Source: Tubulanus polymorphus (lineage: Eukaryota > Animalia > Nemertea). Taken from it: a stretch of DNA of 64,000 bases. The stretch covers positions 4,744,485-4,808,484 of the forward strand of contig NC_134027.1 in NCBI RefSeq assembly GCF_964204645.1. Reading direction: 5' to 3'. Below the pieces are notes generated by a model. That model ran no database searches, had not been told where the DNA came from, and saw nothing but the letters and a program-made list of their open reading frames with translations. Made by a program: the position numbers and the translations under genes. Positions within the stretch are counted from its first letter, which is position 1; every line of letters begins with the position of its first letter. Shown here piece by piece: positions 37,301-51,100 of the stretch.

Positions 37301-38467
37301 TCAGTTTTTATGCTAAATCAGTATCACAAAACATATACATATGATTTATTCATTTTTTCTAGGGAGTTGTTATATTAATGGGAAATGCTATAAGCCCATT
37401 ACTCAATTCTATCGCTGATTCAGTAGAAGCTATCATTCTTACGATTCATCAGGAAGATTTCTCTAGTACGGAACCGAGTCAGTCCGATTCACAATGTTCT
37501 CTGTATATGAGAGAGCTTCAACAGTTTATCAGTCGCTGTCAAAATTATTACCTGTCAGAATTTCAGTGTCAGGATTTTATCATGGACAGGTAGCTAGTGA
37601 TCAACAATATTTGCTAATGAGATTGATAATCAATTATGAATTGCTTAATTAATGATTCTTATCTAAATATTAAGCATCCAGCCTCTGGCTTGTCGAAGTA
37701 TAGAGATATTTGTTTGTCATGCGAGTCTCGTCCGTCCGCTTGGAGAAGGTGGTAAAATGCGTTTGGCTGCTGATTTTGCCCAAATGGAACTGGCCGTTTC
37801 TCCTTTATGTCGTCGAGTACCAGATCTGGGGAAAACTTATAGACTTCTTCGAGCTTTTAGGTTTGTTAGTTGTCGATATTTGAGGCCACAGTCTTTTGCT
37901 AAGTAAAAAAATTATAATGTCTTAGGCTTTATAAGAAAGGATTCCTGAGTGATTACTTTCACTGTTTCAGACCGCTCATATTCCAAACTAGTCAACACAT
38001 AGCGAACAGTGCTGCACTCGGTGAAGTCATTCCATACAGTACAGTACTGCATTTTCTGTTCTCACGTGCTCCAGCTGATTTAAAATCGCCACATCAGGTA
38101 AATAATCTGTCGTAAACGGTTTCTACAAGCTTGTTACAGTTCTACCACCTTGAATCTAAACATTGTCATATAATGAATTTCTAGGCTGCTGGTTGGTCAG
38201 TTAGTCGTTACTCGCAATGGTTAGAAGATCATCCTGCAGAAAGGGACAGGTTAACTATGATCAAGTATGTTATCATCCCAGTAAATGAACTCAAGATGAT
38301 TTTAATTCTAGTCAATGGATTCTGTTGTTTTATCTTTATTTGATTTATTCTTCAGGGGATCTCTCGAATCTTATGTGCAACATGTGCGAAATCGTCAAGG
38401 AAAGGAATATGCTGAGGTATATCCTATTATGTTGGAACTATTGCAAGAGGGCATGAAACTTCTTTAA
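34372..38467 (+). CDS. COG5: Conserved oligomeric Golgi complex subunit 5, multi-exon
   Basis: Spliced exons give [203 protein letters not shown] and [11 protein letters not shown]. Stop TAA at 38465-38467, AATAAA near 38563. Confidence 0.95.
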
Positions 38468-39109
38468 AGAATGTTATCACGAACAAATTGATGGGTTGGG
38501 TTGTATATGTTCTAGGGGATTGGTGCAAATGAATTATATTGTATGTAAAGTTATTTGTAAATAATAAATCTATATTATAAAATCTAGTTGGTTTAATTGT
38601 TTATTTATATTTTGACATTAATAATACCGGGATCTACGATTTTAAGTGGATTCAGTCGGGCAACTGCCCTGGACGTGATGCAAAATCAGAAGGGGTTGAA
38701 AACTGAAACGGATTTTTATTCATCCCGCGGGCATCTTAGAAATCTCTTGGAAAATGTTTCAAGCAACATGTTTGTTTTTCATCGGAAATTTTCGAATGGG
38801 CACTGAGCTAAAAAGCTCGAATCCATTCCCTGGATCCGCCACTTTACCGTAAAGAAAACATTACTGCTCACATAAAAATGGGATTCGAACCTGCTATGGC
38901 GGTACGCTTTCATTGAAATCTTTATATCGTCACCTGGTTTTGAAAGAGGCCTTAATGGAGAACATGTGCGCGATCTGTCAAACCGTAACGAATGTAAACA
39001 AACACCAGTACGACTACCTACAGTCACTACTGAAAGCCGGATTAGACTCGCGTGTACACACTGTGTGAGGAATTTAGATTTAGCTATATATCGTGCAATA
39101 TGGACTAAA

Positions 39110-42100
39110 ATGTCAAGTAACAATCGTCAGGTAGGTTACATTGATGTTTCTAATTACTTCATCCATCCATCTCGTGAATGTTATTGCTGTAATATACCGT
39201 TAAGGTTATGTCAACTATACAGCAAAGTAGAGATCATAGCCTTTGGGGCATTTTGAGTAGAAATTGAATTGTTCTATCATATTTTCAGGGTTTTTCTGGA
39301 ACCGAGCCTCATATAGGCCAGCCGAATGAGTTTGAGTTAGAGCATCGCCGGAGTGTTTTATCGCATTTGCCACCTTTAAGTTCGCTAACTGCCTCACAAG
39401 TAAGATGTTTCAAATGACCAAAAATCAACTGATATTTTCTGGATATCATTATATAACTTTGCGGACCTATGTATTTTGAACATTTTCAACTGGATCAATT
39501 AACATAAACGTAAAATAAATTTTGAATTTAGAAATTCCAGTTAACTTAACCCGGTACTCACAACGAACTGAGCAAATACTAATGAATCGCATTGCCCTCT
39601 TTTACCTCACTCACGCTTGCCTCGATTGTAAAACACATTTTGATACTATTTCCCGAAAGATTGGTTATGCAAATATCAATTAGTTTTCTAGATTCATCAT
39701 AAATTCTTAACCCGGATCCACCCCTGCGAATGAAAAAACCATTGCATTGACGACAATATCAAACCTATATCATGTAGTATAACAGTAGTAAAAATAGATA
39801 TACGTATTTGCTTTTATCTTATCGTGTAATGCCTATATTGTTAAGTATTTTGTGTGGTATTATTTTATAGAGGTATCATTAATAATGTTCATAATCGTAG
39901 GCCAATAATCTGACCACTTTTCGTAAGAAGCATGCACAGCTTTGTCACCAATCGCTGAGATTTTAATCTTGACGAATTATATTCGTTTGTTCTGCCTGGT
40001 ATGATGTCATGTGTTTTGTCAATAGCGGTCAATTTGCTGTCCATTAAGACCCTATTTATTCTCAAACAATCAAATCCTCACAGTACTATTTCTACTAAAT
40101 GGCTTTTTGGCAGCTTTTGACACATTGTTAGGTGTAAACAAAAGCATGTTCTCTGAGAATTATCGCAATAAGACAAATCCAATTATTCCTTTTGAAATCG
40201 TAAAGAAAATCGAAGTTTCTTCTATCTCTTCAACTTTATTCCCGAATTTTCTATCTGCTTAAGACATGAATACATTATTGATGAAATCTCGAGGAATATT
40301 GTTCGGTAGAATTTAGAAAGATTTGAGGCAGGTTTGGGCCAATTACTTAGTATTCTTAACATTGAATTATTGCAAGTTGTTTTTGTTTATTCAATATTTC
40401 ATGCACTGAATTTCCAGTTTAAAATAGATTTCATTATGTCACACAACTGCATCATAAATCAGTTATTTCATGCCGCAAGTTGACTTTTTATATTCCCAGG
40501 GAACTAGAGAGGTGCTATTTATCAACCTGATTTGCGAGTAATTCTTTATCGGTTCCTGTCCTAGCAACGCATACAATAAGTTCAGTCATTCGTTAAGACA
40601 ATGTCGGAAAAACCTATGATCAATCCATCCCGCGCCGGATGATTTTTTTGTTGATCTTTTTTGCTGTGAGAAACAATATATCAAGAGAAAGCATGATGAT
40701 ATTTATCTTATTCAGAAAATTGATAGATTATAATTCATTTCTAGCTCAGTCATGTCCTATATCTCTTTCTTCAAGCCAACCTATAGCGAAAAACCAAAAA
40801 TATTCTCTCGAGGATCCCGAACGAAAGCTGCCCCTGTTAAAGAACAGAAATTTTGCCGAAATGTTAGCGATACAATTGGTAATAACTACAGCCCTTCTGC
40901 CCGAGATCTCAAAGCATCATACATCTATACCTCTCCTAAATTTGGTAAGTCTTATTACATCATTCAGCTGAATTAATACTTGCAAACAGAGATATAAAGT
41001 CTTAGAAAAGGAATTTCCATGCGGTTTTGGTTGTCAAGCTATCAAGCAAGTGTGTGAGAGTTTATCGAATGAACTCTGGATGTTTATTTTCAGCACAACC
41101 ATTAGAGGAACTATTCATTCTTACTCCAAGGAAAAATGCCAATAAAAAATCACATACTAGCAATGAGATTTACCCAGCACTCGGAAAAAGAAGGTAAGCA
41201 ATAAATAATACAATGTGTATGAATATGTTATACCGGTAACTATATGTGTTATAATGGGAAATGAATCATTTTCAGGCTGCCAATTTCAAAAACCGAAAAA
41301 GGTAGAAAAACACTTCGAAGATCGAGTTTGCAAGCTGAGGATGGTTCTGGTGGACATGTTACAGTTACAGACAATGAATATTCAAGTACATTGCCACCGA
41401 TCAGTGGATTACTATCAGAACCTGTTGAAAATGCAGTAACTGGCATATCACCAGGTGAGTGGCAAATATCAGAGACAGAACACAGCTTCGTATTCATTTT
41501 TAATGGCTTCGCTCTGACAACTTAAACGATTTTATGGGTTTTGATGTATAGAAATGGGAAACCTTTCACTAGTATTTCAAAGTCCTGTTTTAGATGACTG
41601 ATATATCGTTAGTCAGTATGTGGGAACTCAATCAGACTGGCGTTGATATTTGTTGAAATTCATTATTCAAGTCTGATTTATTGCGTAATTATCATTGTCA
41701 CATAAAAATATTACATATACGTGACAAGTATGCATTACAAGGTATTGTAATCGTTTAGCTGCTGCCTGTTTGCCATTAATGATGAAAAAAGATTTCCATT
41801 GATTTGAAACCTGCTGGCCTAGAGGACAAAGAAAAGCTTTCGAAATTGAAAGTAAGATTATATGTTTCTTTGAATTGTGTCATGTTTTGGTAATTACAGC
41901 ATATTGTGTACTGATTTAACCTGATTGTGTGGCAGATCAATTCTTGAAGATTATAATATATGAATAGTTTAACACGAACGTATTCATACAGAATATTCGA
42001 TGTCTTGAAATACGCGATTCATATCTGAAGGTATAGTCGTTAACCTTCTAGGGATATAAACTTTTGTTTCATTCGTGAACTTTCGTGCACATCTTCATGA

Positions 42101-45100
42101 ATTAATTTGACTGTGCGTCGGTGGTAGTTCTAAAGGCTTTTCACTATTTACAATGATAGTATACACGAACTATACCTCATGAAACCTGCATTATGCTTTT
42201 ACTATCAGTGACAATTTAGCTCAGTTATTTCATAAAAAAGTCTCTGTATGTTTTCTCAGACAATAAGGATTGATGTTTGTATATGTCCTAATGTCGTACT
42301 CGGCATCTAAGGATATTTGATATCAGGCTCGTAGTTTTTATAGCACTCACTTGACGCAGCGGTCTTGGAAAATATCTTTTGATTTTGTTCTGAATTACCT
42401 CTTGATTTGTTGAAATATCCATTCGGAAAATGCGAAATATAGGAATATCTGAATATATTGTTTTGTAGTATTTGTCTAGGTTGCTTATCATCATAGCTAC
42501 TCATTCCAGTCTGCTTATCATCCCTACTTCTTTCCTGTATTAATGAATAAATAATTTCTCGTCGACAAAACGTGGGAATCTTGAAAGAATATAGCACCTG
42601 TCACCTGTTACGAGGTAGCTATTTGCTCCAATTTTCCACCTCATATTCATGCGATTCAGTTAAGTACAGAGAAATCAACTCAATAGTTACTTAACATGAC
42701 ATCATACCAGGCGAATATACTATGTTGTACTTTTTGAGCAACATTTCAGAAATTATGGATATTTTAAGAGTAAATATCTGTAATCATCGTAACACTTGAG
42801 TGTGTCTGAGCGTGTTTGGGGTTTCTGATTAAAAGTCAGATTAGATCAGATAATATTCTAATCAACACGAATTACTGTTAAATCTAAATCATGTCAAGTT
42901 TCGGATGTTTTAAAGCTGACATTCTTGTGTTTATTCGATTTAACATGCTACTGGTTAATGTCTGGTTCATGTTTATATTATCGTAGAAATATTGATAGGG
43001 AAGAACGGAAACTATGGGAAGCTACGATTTTTTTAAACCAAATATTTTACCCCCAAATATAGATCTATATATGAAAAAAATTCTTTTCATTGAATAAACA
43101 CCCCAGAATGATGAAGTTCAATATTTGAGCCTTAGTTCATTTCGGTTGGATTTTCATTTTTTTGGAAAAGTGTCAATTTCATGGTTCAGCAGTTTTTATG
43201 AATATATGAAAGTCAGGTCCCTACAATGACTTACAGCGTTACTATCTTTAATTTACAACGTTAGATGTCTTTCATGGAATAGAACTGAATTCTATCTCGT
43301 GCTGTATAGTTTATTGAATTCCTTCTCTGGTGACACAAGTCTGAAGTACTTTAAAATACACAAAATTAATAAACATTCGTCACCCCGCAAAACACTATCC
43401 TTTATTCAATATGACCCAAATATGTTCTGTTTTCAGTCTGAACAGACAGGTGCCAATGGCGCTGTTTGTGACACCTCCTTTTTTTTCCTGAAAGAATTGC
43501 TTGAAAAAAACTTGTATGAGTTATTTGAACGAAAATTCAATTTAATAAAGAACGCTTTTCAATATTCCTCTTCATAGCATGTATTTTACTTGAATAACGA
43601 ATTGTTGAAATTGGTGGCATCATAAGAATGTATGATTTTGCGATCAGTCCAGTAGTTTTATGATCTTATAATAGATCTAAACACGTTGAACTGTTTTGAT
43701 CAGAGTTTGAGTCTTAAGGTCACAAGTATGATATGTATATTTATGATTATTGCCTCTTAAACATGTAATATGAATTATTCTGTTCCTTTATGAATACTCG
43801 TAAGAAATTCAGAAAATCAGTTTCGTCGAGTAAGCAGTTTTTTTCGAGAAGCTATACGCGAGAACAGTTCATTCTCTGTATGATGTGTAATGAAAAAATA
43901 GTGTTGTAGAATTCCCTGATCGTAACTAGAGTTTAGATCGGAATATATGAAAAACCAGTAATTACGTATTGATTACGATACTGAACCTGTGGCTGATTTA
44001 ATCTAACTTATTGTCCCGACGATAAATGAGACCAGTACTGAATGTGAATGGTCCTTTGGTGTCATGCTTAATAGATGAACACACGCGATGCTTGACAGCA
44101 GGAATTATTATTGATGTATTTACTACGGTATATATAGGGCTAGATGCGATAGCTGAAATTTACAGTTGAAATTTACCTGAAACGTTACACTCTGAATTGT
44201 ATAACTGTATACAAAATATTCGTATCTTCATGACCAATCTTTAGGATAGATAAAAAAAAGGATAGATATTGATGAGTTGCCTTCAAGAGATTAGATTCAA
44301 TATTAGGTATTTTACAACCAACTATCATTGTCAATATTTCTCATCACACCAGTTAAAAATCCATTATAACTCAGTGGCAAGTTATGAGTAACCAGGGAGA
44401 CAACAAGGTATTGCGACGGCATTGACGGATATGATAAAACTATTCGCATGAATTCCGGCTGGTGACATTCTTTAAGCCTTTGTATCTCACAATCAATTTT
44501 ATCTTTCGATAACTAATGATTAAAAATTGATTCCTAAGCTTTGTTGCCTGGTTTTAATCCTAAACAAAATAAGCCTCACTGGAAAAACTATATCAGCTTT
44601 CATGTCTGCTTTTGGATTGTCTGTAAACATTCACCGACAAAAATCTAAATTTCAAGTTTTTGATATACTTATAGTAATTGTCATTGAATTATTAGTCATA
44701 TCTGATGTTAGCTGATATGAGACATTGGTTTCTAATCAGTAGCTGCTGTAGATAGATTATCAATAATTGAAATCTTTTCATCGGCAACTAGAAGTCATTA
44801 GATATTATTGCAGGTCGGTTGCTGCAGAGAATTATAGCTGAAACGAGTATCATGAATATTTATTCTAGTTGATAAGTCTTACAGCCAGATTGTCAACTCA
44901 AGCTTACGTTACTATATTACCCTAGTGCCTTAGTTACACAGGATTGATTTTAATAAGTAATGTTATGAAAATAGTCTTAGATTCTATATTTGAGTGTCCT
45001 TTTTCAGGTAATTGTGAGTAAATTCGAAAAAGCTCCTTTCGTTTTTGAATTGTATATATCGATTACAACCAAATAGCATGGCATTTTTGTTACGTGCTGA

Positions 45101-48100
45101 TAGTACAGTAGCTATTGCACTGATTGTACATTATGGAATGTTACCGGAAAAAAATCAAAGCCATGACCAAAGATTCAACAATAAAAGCTTGCACTGAAAA
45201 AATTATGAAAATGTATTTGTCTGGTAAACCCTGCAGCTATATTATCCGGCTGTATTAATTTATAGTCTAGTCGTGGTTGATCGCAATAAACCAGCAAATC
45301 ACGCGATTGCATGTTCAGGCTGTTTATAGCTACCAGAGTAATTTCCATTTCAGTAAAAAATTGTATGACTAGGGAATTTCAGTTTGAACTGTAAATTGGT
45401 CGAATGACAGTCTGATATTTAACCACTACTAAATTTTTTTAAAAAGAAAAATATATAAAACCGCGGCTTATAAATCAACCCCTATTTTTTCGATACCCTA
45501 TATCTGTAGATTTAAAGTTTGGTTCGCTTACAGATTACAGGTTGACTCAGGATGTTCGTGAATCTGTGGAAATCAGATCAATAGAGAATGGTGAGATAGA
45601 TCGACAATCAGTTCGGGAGATCAGCAATGATGCTGAGTTAAGAGTTTCAACAGAATTAGTATCAGGTCAAGTGAATGATGCTCAGCCACCGGCTTGTCCT
45701 GCAGGAGATCTTGAATTACCAGGAAGTCTTTCTCGGAGTGAAGCCGAAATCTTACCTGGACCAGCAGATGATGCTGAGTTATTAGACGGTATAATGAAGG
45801 AAGTGGAACAACCAGCTGGTGATGCCACTGATAATCTGTTCAATGAAAATGATTCAGATTCATCTGATACAGGTCGTGTTAAAAGTCCATTCTGTGATAA
45901 TATGAGTATGGATAGTGGTCGTCCAGCTTCAGGTCTGATGCCTCCTGTTCGGTATTTATCACAAGGTAAACATCTCAAAAGTGATACTGAGACTTATTGC
46001 TGTTTAACAATGATATAGATATCTGTTGTAACTTACTAGAATCAGGACCTGATGTCAAGCCAGAGGGAAGTCAAGATGGAAATGAACTGCAGGCAGAAAT
46101 AGACACAACGGAATTGGTGCAGATTAGAGAGCATGATTCAGATGCAAATGCAGTTTTAGAAGTTTGGTTTCCGCCACACTACTATTCAACACATGGTTTG
46201 TCTCGTCCAAGTACACCAGTACAAGATAAAGAAAGGTATGCGTGAGAGGTCTTGCTAGATTGCAATTTTACAACTTGAATTATTTCATCAGATTTATGAA
46301 GGGAAGTTATGAATGATGGATTTTTACAGGTATTTCCATCTGATACAAACAATAGATGATTCACATATTGCATCTCTTAGTCGCAACTGGATTTCTGCCA
46401 TGTACAACTTTGTTCCCAATGATTTGCGTTTGCGCCATAAAGATTTTAGTAAGAATTTCCTAAAGGTAAGTCATTTAAATCAGAATTCTATTCTCAGACT
46501 ATTCTTTTCTTTGTGGTTTTAACGATGTGATTTCTATCTTTTATTAAAGGAAATGGAAGATGACTACCAGGTAGCAATGAAAAGATCTATGTTAGACTAT
46601 GTTTTGTTGGATGCTACTGAACAAGAAAGACTTGGAGTAGTAATTCCTGAAAAAGTATGTGAAGTGGTGAAGCAACCTGCATGCATTTCAAAGGGTTTCC
46701 TTCCTTATAACACTGGTCATTTACTGATTTCAGCAATCAAATCCCGCTGGTCGCATCTACTTCCCGTGGAAAGAAAGATTACTGGAATCAAAAGAGTTTT
46801 TACAAAGGGAGCTATTTGTTGTTCAGCCTGTAATGCCTGCTTTACTTTATCACTTTGAATCTCAGTAAGTTTTCTCTTTCATTATTATAAATCCTACCCA
46901 CTATGTTCAATAATCATGAGCATTTTAATCTTTCATAGATATGGGCAATTTCGATTGCTCGACATAGCAAAACTTCGGAAAATCATGCCAGTTACTATGG
47001 AAACATTGTTAGATGAGGTGAAAAAATCATCCGATATCGCAGCCAAAGTTTTAGACACTCAATGGATGGATGAATGTTGTGATATAATCTGGGAAAAAAG
47101 ACAACAAATTGAAGCTTTAATGCCCGAATCAGAAGAGGTATTTTAATATCCTAGTCCTTTCAAATAGATTATTGGGGGCATTGTTTCTTGTAACCTTTCT
47201 ATGTATCTTTTGATTAAGGAGAAACGACTTGACAAAATGGACAATTTCTTCAATAGCGTCAGTATGTTGATGTCAAATTTATTGCGTAGCTGTGTTCGTA
47301 ATTCTATCTTTGACCTCGTGGAACTAGTAGAAGAATATACAACTGGTAATGCGTATGAAGATGAATACGATATATTTGCTGGATTAGCTCTTCCAACTGA
47401 AATCATTCCTATCAGATTCTTCCTGGTAAGAAAGATGATGAGATTATGCCACAGTTTTAGGTTTTGCATGAAGATTGTGTTATGAATCAACATTAATTTT
47501 GAATAATATGGAATCTTTTAAAGGATCAAGACCTAGAGAATGAAAAATTAAAATTTGTGCCAAATTTTGATCGCGTATGTGAATTTTTCAACCAAGTTAT
47601 TGATGTAATGATCCACTCTGTTGAGGGTATTCAACGTATTGAACATAAATTGTTCCAAGATGTAGAAGATATGCCACATAAGTTTATAAGGACTGTGGAA
47701 GTTAATGAAGAGTTGGTGAATGTTGCTAAAGATCGTATACGAAATGTTGTTTCCTGTAACAGTCATGGACCGACAAAGTTTGTATCCACATCATTTTTCT
47801 CGCACATTTCTTTCGGCTCTAAGAAACAAACAACCTTGTGTAGCTCATTTCCTGTCTGAATTTCAGGTACATGTCTGTTTATGAACCATATCAATACTTG
47901 CTCACACATGCTGCAGATCAACGTGTTGCCAAATTCATCAGTAAAGAACGTCATTTACGAGATTACGTGAAAGAAATTGAAAATCTGAAGAAAATGGGTA
48001 GCGAAGTCGCCTCACTTCCTATTGATGTACCAATGCATTTTTTTCTCCTAGATTGTTCTCTTATCAATCAGGTAATTAATTGGAATTTCAAAAATTGTTT

Positions 48101-51100
48101 CTGAAAACCAGTTTTGCTTTAATCTAGAAAATGATAATTTTTTCAGTGGATATTAAACAGAGTGGCATCGCTCACTAATGTGATGATTGATAACATCAAG
48201 GAGAACAGCCGAAAATTTAACCGGGCGATCTGTACACAATTTGATGACATCGTCAAACGGATAACGACCCAGGCTGAGTCAACAACTGATCTTGTTCAAC
48301 TACAAGACTATGTAGACAATCTAAGATGTGGAGAACTCCTGAAATTAAGGGTGAGTAGCATATCCAATTCATGACAAGAAAGCGATGTAACTGAATTTAC
48401 AATAATTTCTCATGTATTGTAGGAAAAGCTGGAAATAGCTGGTGAGAATCTCTTGTTCCTTATGGATTATGCCCATTTACCTAAAGATGATATATTACTG
48501 AATGGTAACACATTTAGCTGGCCTGATCGTGTTATTCCTATGATCCAAAGCAGGTATACATCACATGGTTTTTTGCAGTTGTTCAATTCATGTTGGCTCA
48601 GAAAATGATGGCTGGTTTTATAATTCTAATCATAGTGAACAGAAATTACAGAGAGAACATGATGTAGCTCTGCAAAAACTGGTTGATTGGCAGCAAAGGT
48701 TCAACACCCAGCTCAATGATGTTGCAAAACAGATCAAGGAATTTTCAATGAAAGATCGAATGTCAGAGGCTGAACAATATATGAATGAATTGAATGAAAT
48801 ACAAACCAAGATTGATGAGTTTCAAGAGGAAGTGAGAGTCTTTTTAGTTCAATCACATTCTGACTTATGAATATGTATGATCAACGTTTCAATATGTTAT
48901 CTTATTATTCAGAAACTGTTGATCAATAAGGAAGAGATGTTGCTGGGAACAGGACAACAGACACTCTACGAACAAATACAAAATATACGCAATTCTAAAG
49001 AGCCTTATGATAAATTGTGGTCTACTGCTGTAAAATTCCATGCTCAATATGACAAGTGGATGAATGGGCCTCTTTTAGAGGTTAATGCTGAAGAAGTAGA
49101 AGAAGAGGTCATTATCAATGGTTTATGAACATAATGATAATGATGATATATCAGAGAATTGTGAATCGATTAATCAATTTTCTTCTTTTAGGTCCAACAA
49201 ATCTGGAGGACAGCTTATAAGCTCACAAAACAGTTTGCTCATCCGGATTTTAAGGGTCCACTTCGTGCCTCTGCAACAATTAAAGCCAAACTTGAGAAAT
49301 TCCGCATCAACATGCCACTTATTGGTTCTCTGTGTAATCCTGGTATTAAACAGAGACATTGGGATAAGATGAGTGAAAAGGTTAATACTAATATACTTAT
49401 AGAAGGCCATTACAAGTTCCCAATGAAATATTGACAATGTTTTCTTTCTAGGTTGGATTCAATATGACTCCGAAGCTGGACACCCCATTATTAGAAATGC
49501 TACAGCTCAGTTTAGAGAAATACCTCGACAATCTGTCCGAAATATCTGCTCAAGCTAGCAAAGAATATGCTCTCGAGAAGGTACTTTCTTTTATTAAATC
49601 TAAAAGTTTCTGACAGGTTTGGTAAAAAAACACTTTATGTTTGTTTGTTTAGGCCTTGAAGAAGATGAAGACTGACTGGGAAAATATCCATTTCAATTTT
49701 GTTCCCTATAAGGATACTGGTGTCAGCATATTATCAGCATTTGATGATATTCAAGCATTGCTAGAGGATCATATTGTTAAAACAACTACAATGAAAGGTT
49801 CACCATTTATTGGACCATTTGAGAAGGAAATTAATGACTGGGATTTATTTCTGGTGAGTACTGGGTAATATGAAGAAAGGAAAGGTTTTTATGATGACTC
49901 TTAAAGAATTCTAAAACTTTTATATGTTAGCATCGTATGATGTCCATCTTGGATTCGTGGTTGAAAGTGCAGGCTGCCTGGTTATATCTAGAACCAATAT
50001 TTGGCTCAGCAGATATCAGACAACAGATTCCCGTTGAAGGAAAGATGTTTGAAGAAGTTGATGAACACTGGTTCGTGATGTTCTTTCGTTTAGTTACTGG
50101 AGTGTGACTCCATATTTGAAGTTTGTAATATAAACGTAGATTCATTCCTCCAATAGGTGCACAATTATGACCAATGCTGTAAGAGACACGAAGGCATTAG
50201 TTGTTGTTTCACAGGATCAGATGTTAGAAAAGCTTCAACACTCTGAGGTAAGATTTCATCTAGCTACGATAATCAACTATTCCCTTATCTAATCAGATGT
50301 GATAATCAATGAAAATTTTATCTCATTTCAGTCAATGTTAGATGATATACAAAAAGGTTTAAACGATTATCTGGAAACAAAACGCCTGTTTTTCCCAAGG
50401 TAGCCAAATTCTAAAGAATCATACCATACTTGATTTTTCAACTAGCTAACATCTTCACTTCTTCCATAGGTTTTTCTTCCTATCCAATGATGAACTACTT
50501 GAAATCCTATCAGAAACGAAAGACCCGCTTCGAGTGCAGCCGCATTTGAAGAAGTGCTTTGAAGGTATTGCAGAACTTACATTTGATATTGATAAAATAA
50601 TCACTGCAATGAAATCTGCTGAGAATGAAGAGGTGGCATTTGTTCGAAAGATTATACCTGCTGATGCAAAAGGTCTAGTGGAAAAATGGCTCCTTCAGGT
50701 ATTTATCAGGAATCTGCATTTCAATTAAAATGAAAACAAACATAGGCATACGTTATATAATTAATATTTGTTAAAGGTGGAAGAGGTGATGAAATTAAGT
50801 CTTAGAGAACAAATGGCACGAGCTATCGATGCTTATACCCGTCAACCTCGTAAAGATTGGGTTATGAACTGGCCAGGTCAAGTTGTATTGGCATCAAGCA
50901 CTGTGCATTGGACTGCTGAAGTCACACAGGTACAGATCACAATTGTTATCAATCACTCACTATAGAACGTCATTGATGGAATTTTGATATTTTGTAGGCT
51001 ATTGAGAAACCAGATGGACTTCCATCTTATCTGAAATTAAGCAACAAACACATAGAAGAAGTTGTTACTCTTGTACGAGGTAAAATACCAAAGATGGCGC

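Noticed and set aside
38625-38900. Possible tRNA, vault RNA or SINE (minus-strand GGTTCGAATCCC followed by T5) and a TGGATCCGCCACT repeat end
   Set aside because: No A-box, acceptor stem or matching second terminus could be built; probably decayed repeat fragments.
41552-43449. Possible extra plus-strand dynein exons (41552, donor near 41852, 13-nt segment at 43437)
   Set aside because: Could not be chained without stops or phase conflicts, and the flanking exons already join in phase.
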